Assembly (NCBI GenBank): GCA_025558095.1
Contig: JAIVFI010000019.1
Coordinates: 186,001 to 250,000 of the forward strand
DNA from: Hyaloraphidium curvatum SAG 235-1
Lineage: Eukaryota; Fungi; Monoblepharomycota
Reading direction: 5' to 3'
Length of the DNA stretch: 64,000 bases
Shown here in pieces: positions 46,508 to 60,600 of this stretch. The notes beneath the pieces are model-generated. The model was not told the DNA's origin and ran no database searches. It was given only the letters and a program-made list of their open reading frames with translations. The position numbers were made by a program, and so were the translations under genes. Every line of letters starts with the position of its first letter. Within the stretch, counting starts at the first letter, position 1.

Positions 46508-49286
46508 TCAAGGACCGCTCCCCGGGCCCGCATGCATCTGCAGCCTCCTCTCCAGCTCCGGCACCCCGCCCAGCCTCCACTTCCACTCGACCGCCGACGC
46601 CGTCGCGTCCGAAGCCGCGGTGGACTGCGAAGCTGGGCTCTGCACCTCGCCCCCGATCGTCTCGCTCCTCTTGGGAGCGGGGCTGGCCCACTCGTCCTCG
46701 TGCTCGGCGCCCACCGCGTCGGCCCAGTCCACCAGCACCCGTCCCGCGGACTCGTGCGTGATGAGCAGGCCCTGCTCGGTCCAGATCACCGGCGCGCGGG
46801 CCTCGGCCGAGACCCCCGTGTGCGCCAGCTCGAGGATGCGGCCAAACTGCTGGCTCCCCTCCTCCATCGTGCGCAAAAACAGCGCCATCTGCGCCGCCAT
46901 CCGCGACATGCGGCCAGTGAGCGCCTGGTGTCGCCGCAGGAGGCGGAGGTGCGCGCGCGCGAGCTCGGCCGACGCCTCCACGCGCGCGAGCACGGCGTCG
47001 CTGCGGGATCCGGTGGCGAGGAGGAGCGCCACGGCGCGCTGGGCGACGACCATCCGCACGAACGCGATCGTCCCTGCGATCTGCGCGGCGGGCACCTGCA
47101 GGCAAAAGTCCATGTGGTCGCGCAGGGGGTCCACGGCGTCCAGCTTCGCAACCAGATCCGCGACGCGCGACGAATGCTCGGCGCAGGCAGGAAAGTCCGG
47201 GCTCCCCAGCCATGTCACGGACGAGAGGAGCACGGAGGGATCCAGCCCGGACCCCTTGCGCGGCGTGTGCAGCGAAATGTACGCCAGCCGGAGGGCGATG
47301 GCGGACCACACGTCCGCCGCGGTCGGTGCAGGGTTGAGGAGGGAAAAGGGGCGTAGGTGGATGGGCTGCAGCTGCTCGTGCTCCTCCAGCAGAGCAAGAA
47401 CACGTTGCCGCATCGCCGAGACCAGCTCGGGGTTCTGCAGCGGATCGATCGAGTTCTTGATGCAGTGCTGCGCGGGCGAACGAGTTTAATCGCGACTCAA
47501 CGGCATTCCCGAGGAACGGCCCACTCACCCAATGGTATGCCACCACCTTCCCGAGCACCGCATGCAGCCTCAGCTTCCACCACGTCCTCCCCTTTCCGGC
47601 CGCGGCCACCAGCCCCGCCGCGTCGGCCGACAGCATCTCCCGCGCCGCACCCCCGAGCCCCGCCGCGATCGCCGCCGGATCCGACGACGCGAGCCAGACC
47701 GCCTCGTTGCAGGGGAGCAGCAGGCCCGCGACGTCGGAATCGGCCACGGCGGGGATCGCGCCGTACTGTCCCGGGAAGGGGGTGACGGTGGAGCCCACGC
47801 GGTCGAGGCAGAACATCTGCCACACCACGCGGCGGACGGTTTCGCGTTCCGCGACGGTCCGGTACTGCGCCCGCGGATTGGGCGCTCCGCCCGATTCCAG
47901 CGCCGCGCGGCGGCGCTCCAGCTCCGCGGATTCGGACGCGCCGGGCCGCACGATGCCGTTCATCCTGAGCAGGACGACCAGGAACATGCCCAGCTGGAAG
48001 CCGAGCTGCGAGGTGTTGAAGGCGCACGAGGCGTGCCAGCTCATGATGCAGACCGCGGCGAGCTGCGCGGCCGTGGGCCGCTGGCCCCGCAGGAGCGACG
48101 TCAGGAGGGGCTGGAGGAGGCGCTGCGCCCGCCGGAAGAAGGAGAGGCTGACCGCCTGCCCCGAGGTCGGCAGCGCCGGGGCGGCGGCGGCCAGCATGGC
48201 AAAGACGAGGAGCAGCTCGCCGCCGTCGCCCTGCCGCGAGAAAAAAGACGGCGGGTGCACAATGTGCGTGAGCGAGGGGTTCACCCGTTCGAAGAACAGT
48301 TCCAGGATGTGTGTGATGGTATCGGATGGCGGGACGGGAGGCAGGTCGTCAAACATGCCGGGCTGCAGCTGCGGTGCCGGCACCATCGGCAGAGCCCGCA
48401 CAGGCTGGAATCCGCTGCTGTTCATGAGCCCCATCAGCAGCGCATCGTGGGAGATGGACATGTCCAAGTCCCAGAGCGGCGGAGATCCGGTGAGGCGGGC
48501 GCCAGAGAGCCCCTTCCGATGCGGGCTTCCGTAGCCGTTCGCAGCGCCCGGACTACGCCACGACGCCGGTGTTTGGCCCACCCTGAGCCCCAAATCCTCA
48601 TGACCCGCGACCAGGGCCGAAATTGCCATGCTGGCGCTGCGAGGGAAGAGCTCCCCTTGCTGCCCGAGGTCCGCCTCGGCCTCGAGGAATCCGCCTCCAA
48701 TCGGCACGGTCTGGAACCGCGCCATAGGATCCATCGCGTGCCAACGATGCTGCACGGTCGTATTCGCAGGTTCCCAAGGGTTCGACGGGGCGTAGGCGTT
48801 CGGGAGCTGGGCCGACAAGCCGACCGCCGGAGCGTAGGGGCTTCCGGCCGGGCCGACGGACGTCCCGGGGCCATCCAACTCGACCGGCACGACCGGCAAG
48901 CTTGCCCCGAGTGCCGCTGCTGTCCGTTCCGGCACGTAGTTGGCAAAGGCATCCGCGCTCGGCGACTTCTTCAGCGGCGGCCCGGCGGCCCGGCGCTTCC
49001 GCGTCTCCTTGACCATGACCACGCGCGCGGCCGCGAGGACGGGTGGCGGCCGCGCCCTCCGCTCTCCGTCCGCCGCCGTCCGCTGCGGCCCGCGCCGCCG
49101 CCCCGAGTCGGTGTAGACGCACGCGACGCCCCGCGCGGCGCACCGGTCGCACTGCGGCGTCCCGCCGTCGCAGCGGCGGCGGACGGATTTGCAGGCGTCG
49201 CACGCCTTCGACACGCGGAAGCGGGCGACCACGGGCTCCCCTCCGCCCGAAGGCGGCGCCCCGTCGGCCCCCGCGGCCGCCGCCAT
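46508..49286 (-). CDS. Zn(II)2Cys6 fungal transcription factor with middle homology region
   Basis: ACDACKSVRRRCDGGTPQCDRCAARGVACVY; FFERV..HIVHPPSF; RETVRRVVWQMFCLDR; LPCNEAVW. Confidence 0.92.
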
Positions 49287-49555
49287 CGAGATGGCTGCGA
49301 AAAGTGGGCCCCGGCGGGAGGCCTGGGGTGTGCAGAAGGACAGGCGTCCTCGGACGCAACGGACTGCGAGGATCCCCCTCATCATCGACGATCGGCCATT
49401 CCGACGGCCACGGCTTCACAGACCAAGCCGGAAAGCGATCGCCGAAGTCGGATCCTCGTCGTCCATCGGGCAATCGCTTGCATATTGATCCGGGCCCCGA
49501 TCGGCCGGAAGCGCTTCCCGGGGAGAGCAGCGCCCCACCTTCGCCACATGCCTGC

Positions 49556-51567
49556 CTACAGCTTGGCCGGCGCCCCCGCCGCATCGGCCTCCCTGGCCGC
49601 CCGCCGCTCGTCGCCCAGGCCCTTCCATACCGACGCCCTTTAAAGGAACGCACCGTCAGCCCTAGCCGCCGCGGCGTACGATCGATGCCAACCTGTAAAG
49701 CGCAAAGTAATCCCTCTCGTGGTCCTCCGGATCCACCCTCCGCGTCCGTATCCGCGGCGACATGTCCCCCAGCAGGTCGTCCGCAAAGTCGATGTACCGC
49801 GAGAAGCTCGATATCTTCCCTTCCTTGATCCCGGACCCGTACGCCCCGCGGCCGTTGACCATCTTGGAGAACTGCTTCGCCCACGCCCTCATCTTCCCCT
49901 CGTCCCACCCCTGCGCGACAAGCCCGGCCATCCGCCCGCGCGTCAGCATGTGCTCCGAGATCCAGTGCGACGCGTGCTCCACGCTCGTGCTGCAGGTCAT
50001 GCTGTTGAAGATGCCGCAGAAGTAGAGGTTGCCCTTGCTGTGCCAGGCGGGGGGCATGATGGTGCGGAAGAGCTCGGGGGCGCCGTCGCCGTCGGGGGGA
50101 AAGAGCTCGCGCTGCACGTGGGGCGGGAGGAAGGGGAAGGAGAAGGAGAAGCCGGTGCCCAGGATGAGGACCGAGGCAGGGATCGGGTAGGTTTCTTTTC
50201 AAGAAGGGCTGTAAGAATCAAGGTTGTCGAAGGCCGGCGCCGCTCCCACCTTTGCTCATCAGATCGTGCACCTCTAGCCGCTCCTCGCCGCCCTCCTCCG
50301 CCGGCGGCAGCACCCGCGTCAGGTCCCCGCGGATCGGCGTGATGTGCCCCAGGGAAACGAGCTCGAAGAAGCGCTGGCTCGCCGAGCCGTTGACCGAGTC
50401 CTTGAAGTAGGACCATTCGGGCAGGCACGGGTGCGGTTTGCCTGTGGGGACATTCGGGACCAATTGTCAGTTGCGGCAGTCGGATCCGACCTGGGTCGCG
50501 GCGAACCCACTCATCCCGAACTCGACCCGTATCGCCTCCTCGATCGGCACCTTCTTCTTCCCCCCCTTTGCCTTCTCCACCCTGTCCGTGTCCCCCCTCC
50601 TCCGCTCGGCCTCCCCGTCCTCCCCCTTGTCCTTGCCCTTGGCCGCGCCGGCGGGCTTCCACGTCGGCCGCCACCACGGCCCGATCTCGGCCGAGCGGCG
50701 CATGTAGTCGAGGGTGGTGAAGAAGGGCAGGGGGAGGAACCAGTGCGGGCGGCGGAAGAGGATGGTCACGGGGGGCACTTCCTTGCCCTCCTTCGTTAGG
50801 CGCTCGCGCTCCTGCCCGAGCCAGTCCGATATGTCCGACGCCGACTTTCCGAACCCGAGCACCACGATGTTCTTCCCGCGCCGCTGAAGGTCCAGCACCC
50901 TCTCCACGTTGCCGCTCTTGGGCACATCCGAGGAATGCACCGCAAGCCCCTTCATCTCGGGCAGCCCGGGCACCGCCGGCACGATCGGCCGCGAAAACAG
51001 GCCGGAACAGACGATCAGCACGTCCGCGTGTCGCCTCGTGCAGCTTTCGAGGGGCGTCTTGGGGCGGAGGTGCTCGGGGACCAGGAGCTCCCGCACCGGC
51101 CTGGCCTCCTCGGTCTCGCCCCGGGGCACGGGGGCGGTGTAGACCCACCACCCTGCCGCCTTCCACGCCCCGTCGGCGTCGGGCCCGGGCTCCCCGCCGG
51201 CGCCGATCTCCTGCACCTCCACCACCCTCGTCGCGTACTCGACGAGCCGGTCCACGCCATGCTGCCGCGCATAGTCCTCCAGCCCCTCCCTGATCTCCTC
51301 GGCAAAGAGCCACTGCCCCGGCTTCCCCGTGTCGTGGAGCGGGTGGTCCGAGAGGGAGTAGTGCCCGCGGGGCGAGTTGCTCGACAGGTTGGGGTAGGTC
51401 CGCCCCTTGGACCAGACGCCGCCGGGGGAGGTGTGCTGTTCGAGGATGGAGATGCGGCGGAAGCCGTCGGCGATGAGGGTCTTGGCGCAGACCAGGCCCG
51501 AGATGCCGGCGCCCACGATCAGGATCGATTGGGAGGTGGGGGGTGGGGGGGAGGGCGTTTCCGCCAT
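49556..51567 (-). CDS. Flavin-containing monooxygenase, multi-exon, predicted PTS1 (AKL)
   Basis: IVGAGISG, GGVW, HSSD, VLGFGKSASD, ILGTGF; spliced C-terminus ends PAKL*. Confidence 0.88.
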
Positions 51568-51959
51568 CGGCAGATTGTGTTTCACAGGGCAGGATTCGGG
51601 AGTCCTGAAAGGGCGCTTCGGTGGGAGACGCGGGTGGCGGAGGGTAGTCCAACAACGCGAATCCCGGCTGCAAGTCTCCGAGCGACGTGGATCGGGCGTC
51701 GGAAAACGGTCGGCGTCACTGCGGTGCCGCCTAGAAATGGGAACGCTGCCGTGCAGGTGCGCAGTGTTTGCCTGTGTCGCGGCCGGCGTCGCCTCCGACC
51801 GCCGACCGACTGACCGTGCGGAATTTCTTGACGAGGAACATATAAACGCACGCTCCCCTTTTTTTTTTTCAGAGCCGCGGGCCGCGGTTGGGAGTAGGGT
51901 TTCTGAGAGTCCGCGGCGCGCGGGTGCGCCGGGGTACCCCCCCCCCGGTTGCCGCGGAA

Positions 51960-54900
51960 ATGGCGACGCGGCTCGACCGGCTGGTTGCGCTGCTGGAGAA
52001 CGGCACGACTGCGGCGGTGCGGCGGCAGGCGGCCGCGCAGCTCGGTGCGGCGGCGGCCGCGCACGGCGACGACGCGCTGCGGCTGCTCGCGCGGGCCGCG
52101 CCGCTGCTGAGACACCGCGCGCAGGAGGCGCGCCACGCCGGCGCGTGGGCGCTCGAGGCCGTCGTCGCAGCCGCCCGCACGTGGCCGCCGAGCGACGCGC
52201 CGATCGCGGATGCCGAAGCGGCCGATCGCGCGGGCGACGGCGCCGGGCCGCCGGGGGGCTGGCCGCTCTCGCACCTGTCTGCGCAGGAACTGCTCGCGCT
52301 GCCGCCGCTGCTGGCCGCCTCGGCTTCGGCATTCGCACACGCCGGCGCGGCGCCCTCGCTCCAGGAGCAGCGCGCCCAGGTCGAGAGGGAGCTCGGCGTC
52401 GAGAACGCCTACGCTGGCGTCGATCTCGTGGGGGACAAGGACCTCGTCGACCAGACCGCCGGAAACGCGGGCCCACCATCGCAATCGGGGCCACCGCAGC
52501 CGGGCAAAGGCCCCAAGCTGAAGCTGCGGATGCCCTCGCCCGGGGCCCCCGCGGTGCAGGCGCCCAAGACCGCCGAGCCGCAGACGCCGTCGACCGAGGG
52601 CCTGTCCGTGCGACAGCAGCTGATGGCGCGGAAAAAGGCAAAGATGGAGGTCACCAAGCTGGGCTTGCCCGACAGGTGGGCCGACGGAACCGGCTCGCGC
52701 GCTGTTCCCGTTTCAATTCCTCGCCTACCTTCCAGAGCAGGAAACGGCCCGTTGAGCCCGCTCCCCACGCCGGCGACGCCCACGGTCCCCGCCGCACCGC
52801 CGCTCCCGATGGAGCCCTACGACCCCTCTTCATACGCCACGCACCCGCTGCTCCCCCTCCTCGCGCACTTCACCGCCCTCCTCGGCAACCCGCGCTGGGA
52901 ATCGCGTCACGGCGCGTGCCTCGGCATCCGCGCCGTCCTGACGCGCGGCGCTTCGCTGGGCTTCGAGTTCCCGCAGGCGGGCGACGGCGAGCCCGATTTC
53001 GCCCGGGGCGACCCGCGGGCCAACGCCCTCCGCCACGCGGCCTACTGCGAGCACCTCGCCTCGGAACTGCTGCAGCTGCTCGCCGCGGACCGGTTCGCGG
53101 ACTTTGGCGGCTCGGCGGCCGCGCCGCCCTCCTTCCCCGACGCCGCCGCCGCCTCGGGGGGATCGGGGGGCGTCGCCGCGCCCGTCCGCGAAGCCTGCGC
53201 CGGCGCACTGGCCACGCTGTGCTCGGCCAAGGCCGGCGCCGCGCCCGCGGGGGTCGCGCGCCGGATCGTGGGGCACCTCGTGGCCCTGCTCCGCGGAGCG
53301 TCGGGGCAGGGCGCGTGGCATCCCAAGCACGCCGCGCTGCTCGGGCTGAGGTACATCCTGGGGCACTCGCGGTCGGATCTGATCTCGGAAGATGCGATCG
53401 CGGCGGTGCTGGCGGCGCTCGGGGACGCGGACGACGAGGTGCGCGGGGCCGCGGCGGCGGTGCTGGTGCCCCTGGTGCGCAGCGCGACGGACGGCAGGTC
53501 GGGGGTGCTCGCGCTGCTGGGCACCCCGGACCAGATCGACGCCCGCCTCGTGCGTCCGCTCTGGGCGGCCCTCGCGCAGGCGGACGACCTCTCCGGTTCG
53601 ACGGCGCCCATCGTCGATTTGCTCTCCCTCCTCCTCCCGCTCCTTCCCCCGCCGAAAACGGACCTCCTCCCGCGCCTGGCCCCTTTCCTGCGGCACTCCT
53701 CCTCCCCCGTCCGCCTCTCCGTCGCGCGGTGCTGCGCCGCCCTCCTCCGCTCCCTGGCCCCCTCGGACCCCGCGCGCCTTTTCCGGCTCTTGTTCCAGTC
53801 CCTCCTCCTGGAATCCAACCGTGCCGTGCTCGACGCCACCTGGGACTGCATCTCGCTCCTCTGCCCTCCCTGCGCCTCCCTCGCCTGGGCCTCGCAGCCC
53901 GCATTGCTCTCGGCCGCCCACACGCTGCTCATGACCCCGCCCGGCACCCCGCTCGACGCATCCCTGTTCCTCGCGCCGGCGGACCGGACCGAAGCCGTGC
54001 CGATGCACGACCGCCCCGCGCTGCTCTCGGACGCCGTGGTGCTCGACCAGCGGACGGTGGAGGCGTCGCGGTGGGCCGCCGCGCGGGCAGCGGGTGCGCT
54101 GGCCGCGTGCTCGGATTCCGCGGACGCGCATTCGGCGGCGCTGTCGCGGTTCCTGGAGGGCGGGGTGGGGTACCAGCGCTCGTGCGCCGCGTGGGCGGCG
54201 GGGGAATGGTTCGCGCGCCTGCCGCCCGGCGCGGGGCCGGCCGCGCAGGCGGACGCGCTGGCGGGGGAGCTCGCGGCGCGGGTGCTCTTCGTGGAGCAGC
54301 TGGCGTGGCTCGAGGCGCTGCGGAGAACCTGCCTCGCGCTGGTGAGGGAGCTCGAAGCCGCGGGGGCGGGGAGGCTCGAGGTTCCGGCGCTGCCTCCGGC
54401 GGGGCAGTTCGACGAGGGGTGGGTGCAGGGGACGCTGTGGCCGCTGGCGGGCAAGTTCGCGGGCGGCACGGGGGTGCACGCCGCGTTGGCCGCCGCGGAG
54501 GCGGAGCTCGCGCGGTATTCGGACAGGAGCGAGTGCCTGCAGGCGCGGGTGGCCGGGGCGGCGGCGTGCGCGGTGGTGGCTTCGGGGCGGCTCCCGGAAA
54601 AGGTGACGGCGGTCGTGCGGGCGGTGGTTTCCTCCGTCAAGATCGAGGCGAGCGAAGGGCTGCAGCGGGCTTCGGCGCGGGCCGCGGCGGGCTTGGTGGC
54701 GCTGCTCAAGCCCGAGGCGGCGGACAAGATGGTTCGGAACTTTGGCGCCTTTCTGTGTTCGGACCCGCGGGGATGCCCGCCGGTATCCGAGGCCGCGCAC
54801 GGCGTGCTCACGCTCGCGCGGTGGACCAAGGACGGGGCTGAGGACGCGAAAAAGGCCAACGCCGGCGCCAGGGCGATTGAAGCCGCCAAGAAGGAGGAGG

Positions 54901-57628
54901 CAAAGGAACCGCCGAGCAAGAAGCAGAAGCGCGCGGGGGGCAAGGCGGCGGCGGTGCCGGGACAGGCCGAGGCGGAGGCCGCGGCCGCGCTGGTGCAGGC
55001 AGAGTCGGCCGAGGAGGTGCATCTCGCGAGGTCGGCCGTGACCTCCCGCGGGGGCGAGATGGCGCTCTCCGAGATCTGCGCCCTCTACGGGGCGGACGTC
55101 GCCGACCGCGTGCCCCGCGTCTGGGAGATCGTTTCGGCCGGCCTCGAGGGCTTCGCCGCGCAGGGCGAGCAGCTCAGGGCGGCCCACGCGCAGCTCGCTT
55201 CGGACGACACGTTCTCGCAGACGGTCGTCAACAGCGTCTTTGCCTTGGGAAAGCTCGTCGGGCACTTCTCCGGCGCCGCATTGGAGCGCGCCCTTGCCTT
55301 GCTTCCCGCCGTTTCCCGGCTCCTCGCGACCCCGCGCCCCGCCGTTCGGTTCGCGTGCTCCGAGTGCCTGGCCATGTTTGCCGAGCACGCCACGGTGCGC
55401 ACGCTCCTGCACGTCATCTCGGACGTGCTGCCCCTGCTCGGCGACACGACTTCGGACGTGGCGCGCCAGGCCGGCGCCGAGGCCGTCTACCACATCGTGG
55501 ATCGGATGCAGCTCAAGGTCCTTCCCTACCTCATCTTCCTCGTCATCCCCGTGCTCAAGCGCATCAGCGACCCGGAGCCGGGCGTGCGGTTTCTCTGCAC
55601 GCACAATTTCGCCACCCTGGTCAAGCTCATGCCGCTGGAGCAGGGCGCGCCCGATCCCGAGGGGCTGGACCCGGAGCTGATCCGACAGAAGAAGGAGGAG
55701 CGGAGGTTCATCGGGCAGCTGATCGGCACCGAGCAGGTCGAGGACTTTGAGATCCCGGCGGGCATCATCAAGGCCGAGCTGCGCCGGTACCAGCAGGAGG
55801 GCGTGAACTGGCTCGGGTTCCTGGGACGGTACGGCATGCACGGGATCCTGTGCGACGGTGAGCATTACGAGGACGCGAGCCGCAGCTCGTCCGAATACTG
55901 ACGTCAATGGCCAAGACATGGGGCTGGGAAAGACGCTGCAAACCATCAGCATCGTCGCTTCCAACCACTACCTGCGTGCCCAGCGCTTCAAGGAGACCGG
56001 CGCGGCCGATTCCAAGCCCATTCCGACCCTCGTCGTCTGCCCGACGACCATCGTCGGGCACTGGTTCTACGAGATCAGGAACTTCACGGAGGTGCTGAAC
56101 CCGATCATGTACGCCGGCCAGCCTGCGGTCAGAGCCAAGCTGCGGCCGAAGCTCCTCCAGCACGACGTCGTCATCACGTCGTACGAGTGCCTCCGTAACG
56201 ACTTGCAGGAGCTGGGCAAGATCACCTGGAACTACGTGGTCCTGGACGAGGGTCACCTCATCCGCAATGCCAAGACCAAGATCACGCAGGCCGTTAAGTC
56301 CCTGATTTCGACGCATCGCCTCATCCTGTCCGGGACGCCGATCCAGAACAACGCCCTGGAGCTGTGGAGCCTGTTCGATTTCCTCATGCCCGGCTTCCTC
56401 GGCACGGAGAAGCAGTTCAACGAAAAGTACAGCAAGCCGATCCTTGCTTCGCGGGACGCCAAGGCGTCGACCAAGGAGCAGGAGGCAGGCACGCTCGCAT
56501 TGGACGCCCTGCACCGCCAGGTGCTCCCGTTCCTGCTTCGCCGGATGAAGGAGGATGTGCTCCAGGATCTCCCGCCGAAGATCATCCAGGACTACTACAG
56601 CGATTTGAGCGAGATTCAGCGGACGCTGTACGAGGACTTTTCGCGGTCGCGTGCCAAAAACGAGGTGTACGAGGACGTCAGCGGCAAAGGCGGCAAGGGA
56701 TCCGGGGGCACGCACGTCTTTCAGGCCCTGCAGTACCTCCGGAAGCTCGTCAACCATCCTGCCCTGGTTCTTACGCCGCAGCACCCCGAGCACGGCAAGG
56801 TCACGTCGATGCTGGCCAAATCCAACTCCTCGCTGCGGGACCTTCAGCATGCGCCGAAGCTGCTCGCTCTCCAGGAACTGCTGCTCGACTGCGGCATCGG
56901 GACCGGCGGCGCAACCCCGGCCGGGGAGGATGCCTCCAATTTGGCCGTCGCCGGACACAGGGCCCTCATCTTTTGCCAGCTCAAGCCGATGCTGGACATC
57001 ATCGAGAACGATCTCTTCAAGGCGCACATGCCCGACGTGACGTACATGCGGCTGGACGGCAGCGTAGACGCCACCAAGCGCCAGGAGCTCGTGCGCAAAT
57101 TCAACGATGATCCCGGCATTGACGTCCTTCTCCTCACAACGCACGTCGGCGGTCTGGGGCTCAACCTGACCGGCGCCGATACGGTCATCTTTGGTGGGTG
57201 TCGACGGTCGAAGGCACGCAGCGGCGCCTGACATACCACGTGGCGCAGTGGAGCATGACTGGAATCCGATGAAGGATTTGCAGGCCATGGACCGCGCACA
57301 CCGTATCGGACAGAAGCGCAAGGTCAACGTTTACCGGTTGATCACGCGCAACACGCTCGAGGAGAAGATCATGGGGCTCCAGCGCTTCAAGCTCAACATC
57401 GCCTCGTCCATTGTGAACGAGGAGAACGTGGGGCTGAAGAGCATGCTCTCCGACTCGGAGCAATTGCTGGACCTGTTCAACATTGGCGAGGCAAAGGAGC
57501 CGGCGAAGAAGGACGGGGACGCGAAAATGACGCAGAAGGAGATTCTGGAGAGTATGGACAAGTGGGACGATGAGCAGAGGTTCGAGGAGCAGTACGAGAC
57601 TGCGGACTTTCTGGCCACGTTGCGGTGA
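51960..57628 (+). CDS. MOT1: TBP-associated SNF2 ATPase Mot1/BTAF1
   Basis: MATRLDRL N-terminus, HEAT repeats, [49 protein letters not shown]. Confidence 0.96.
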
Positions 57629-57669
57629 CAGACTGAAGATACCAGTATGATTGTAGCTAAAGGGGTCTC

Positions 57670-60600
57670 TTAGACGTAATCTTTACAGGTATCTTGACGC
57701 AGGGTATCGCGGGTATCCAGGAAGCTCCTGATTCCATCCTCTTCCAGGAGGTTGAAGAAGTACCGTTGTGGCTGTAGCTTCCTCTGCCGGGTCACGCGCC
57801 GCTTCTCCTGGCGGTGCTCCCCTTCGGCAGCTTCGAGCTCGATGTTGACCTGATCTGCATGCAGAATGGAGGCCACAAAAGGCGCGATTTCCAGCGCGAC
57901 GTTGGTGGCAGAATGACGAAGCGCGTCGTCGCGAAGAAGCGAAGTCATGGTAACGCTGGTCTGGCGGTAGAACGTCTCTCGACCAAAGTCGCGCTCCCTC
58001 TGCTCGCGCACCTCCAGCCACAACGATGAGACGGATTGCGCGGGAAGTTGGACTTCGCCAACGACCGGAGTCACGCTCGCAGCAAAGGCACAGTCGGCCA
58101 GCGACTTGGTTTCGGAAGCAAGCGCGGTTTCGTCCAAGTAAGAGAAGTGCCGAGCGCCGCAATCACCGAGACGATCGAAGTGCTCCGGCTTTCCAATGGC
58201 AAAGTTAGGAACTGCCGAATTCGCGCCGACTTCGTTGTTGTCGTCTCCCGACACGGTTTCAGAAAGCCCGTCCTAAGAAAATGGAAAATGGCGATTAGAA
58301 CAAAGCCAAACCACACAAACGCCCTGTCTCACGAGGAATCTCCGAATCATGCCACCACCGTTGATTCCCGCATCCCATTGCGAAATCACATCCGTTTCGG
58401 TCGAGTACGCTTCCAGCAACGACGCTCGGATGCGGTCGCTTTGCGTTTGCTTGGCCGGTACTGGAGAAACGGGTTGCTCGGCGTCCTTGGGAGCATCCTG
58501 TCCCATGGGTGAGGCTGACTCGGAAACCAGCTTCGCCTCCGCGGGCTCCACGTCGCCGTTAGGCGCCTCCGCGGGTTCCACGTCCCCGCGAAGCGACAGC
58601 GACGCTTCCTCCGGCACTGAAGCAGCTACAGGTGGCTCACGGAACGGCGACGGTGATGGCTCGCTAGCTTCGATCCTGACGTCGGCAAGAACTCCAAGCA
58701 CGCCGTCCGTCTCGCGATGGAGAAGACCCCAACCCGACTGACCCAGTTCCCAACGAAGAGCCGTAACGTCAAACTCGGCCGCGGTGCCGCAGACTGCGAG
58801 GTCGATGAAGCCGCTGCTATCGCCGGGCTGCCCAGTCACGGTCCCTCGGAGCTCTGATCGCGGTGCCAGAGTGATGAGCTCGACGGCGCGGAGGCTCCGG
58901 CCGATTTCCCCGTTGCACCATTCCACAAGCTGGATCAGGTCCGCCTTTTCCATCCAAACACCTTCCAACACGCAAACAAGGGCGAGGTATGCCGCGAGCT
59001 GCTCCACAGTCGGCTTCGTCGTGTCCTTCACTGTGAGATCGTCGGCCAGCGATGTGGGCAGGCTCTCGATAAAGTCGGCAGAGTTGGCCGTAAGCACGAT
59101 CGGCCTCTTGGTTCGCTCGGCTACCGCAGCCACTGCGGCCCAAAACCCTTTGTCCTCCTCGTAGACAATGTCGACATTGTCAAAGACGAGCAGCGTCTGG
59201 CCGGTAGAAGCAGGCCGGGCAGCGAGAGCGGCCTTCGCATCATCGTCGCCATGCACTGCAGGTTGCGATGCGTCCGGAGACAGGTTGAGACGAATGATGC
59301 GTCTCTTTTTCCTGGCTTCGGGTGATGGCTCCGCATCAAAGTCGTTGGTGAGCGAGGAAAGCGTTTCCGGCTCCGCCGCCCGCGGCGGAACCGCTTCGTC
59401 CTCGGAGTCCGACTCGACGACCTTGCGCTTGCGCGCCTTTCTCCGCATCGCAGCAATGTCCGGCTCGTCCTCCCCGGACTCGGAGGCTTGATGTGGGCCG
59501 CTCCGTCCGCCACCGGCAAACAGCTCGGCAATCCTCGAATCCTTCGGTCGCTCCGAGGCACGTTCTCGCGGCGCCGCACTCCCGACCAGGGTATGGTTCA
59601 CGGCAGCCTCCCCGATTTCGCTCATGACAGATTTGGAATCACGTTTCTGGCCTTCACTGATCTCCAGGATGGAAAAACCGAGCTGCGCTGCGACTGCCTC
59701 GACCATGGCTGTCTTGCCCGACCCGCACGGTCCGACCAAAAGGACGGTGGAGCTCGAAGATTCGGCCTCCTCGCCGCTGCTGTAGAGATCCTCGTCCGAG
59801 TCGACGATAAAGTCATTGATGTCCCGCTTCGACTTGCGGCCCTTGGAACGCTTCTGCCGACGCTTGTCCTTGCCGGGACGGTTCCGAGAATGGGACGGTG
59901 CGGCTTCGAGCACGACCTTGCGCGTCTCCATCCAGCTCGCGAGGTCTTCGACGACCTGCGTGTTTCCGAGCACGTCCGCAGCCGCCTTCGGCTTGTACCT
60001 GTCGACCCAAAGATCGCCATCGGAAGGAGAAAAGCGTTTACCGGACGCGAGCATGTCGTAAAGCCTAGCACAGGCCCCCTGTTTGATGGCAGAGTCCCCG
60101 TACTGCTCTCCGAGAAGCTGCAGAACGCGGTCCAAGGGCTGGTGCTGCACGGGGAAAGCTCGCACCGAATTCGACGGCCCTTCAAAGTCGAAGGTTTGAA
60201 GCGATGGAGCCCAGCCGGAGGAAACGTTCGGTGGCTCGAGATTGCTCACGCGAAGTCGAAATCCGCTGAACTGCCCCGTCAGAGGTCCGAGATCAGGCTC
60301 CGCGCCCCGCACGTGCATGTTGCTCGAGTCCGGAAACGATGCCTCGCGGCCGGCAGCGGACGCGGCTTTGAGCAGGAAGGAAGAGCCGGCGTCGCTGTCC
60401 GCAGATTCGTCGCCTTTCAAGGCCGTGCGCTTTTCAAAGAACCAGTGTCCTGCTTGCGCGGCGCCTTCGCCACCGATCTGCTTCCGCGCAAACACCGCAG
60501 CTTCCTTAGAATGCCGCTCAACCTCTTCCCGAGCCTTTTTCTGAGCCAAAAGCTGCTTCTTCCTGATCCGCTCCGCGGGAGTGAGGAAGAAATCGGTGGT

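Noticed and set aside
51407-55964. Very long alternative-frame and antisense ORFs (1144, 1044 and 633 aa) over MOT1, and similar ones elsewhere
   Set aside because: Arg/Ala/Pro-rich shadow ORFs expected from high GC3; the true frame has clear family motifs.
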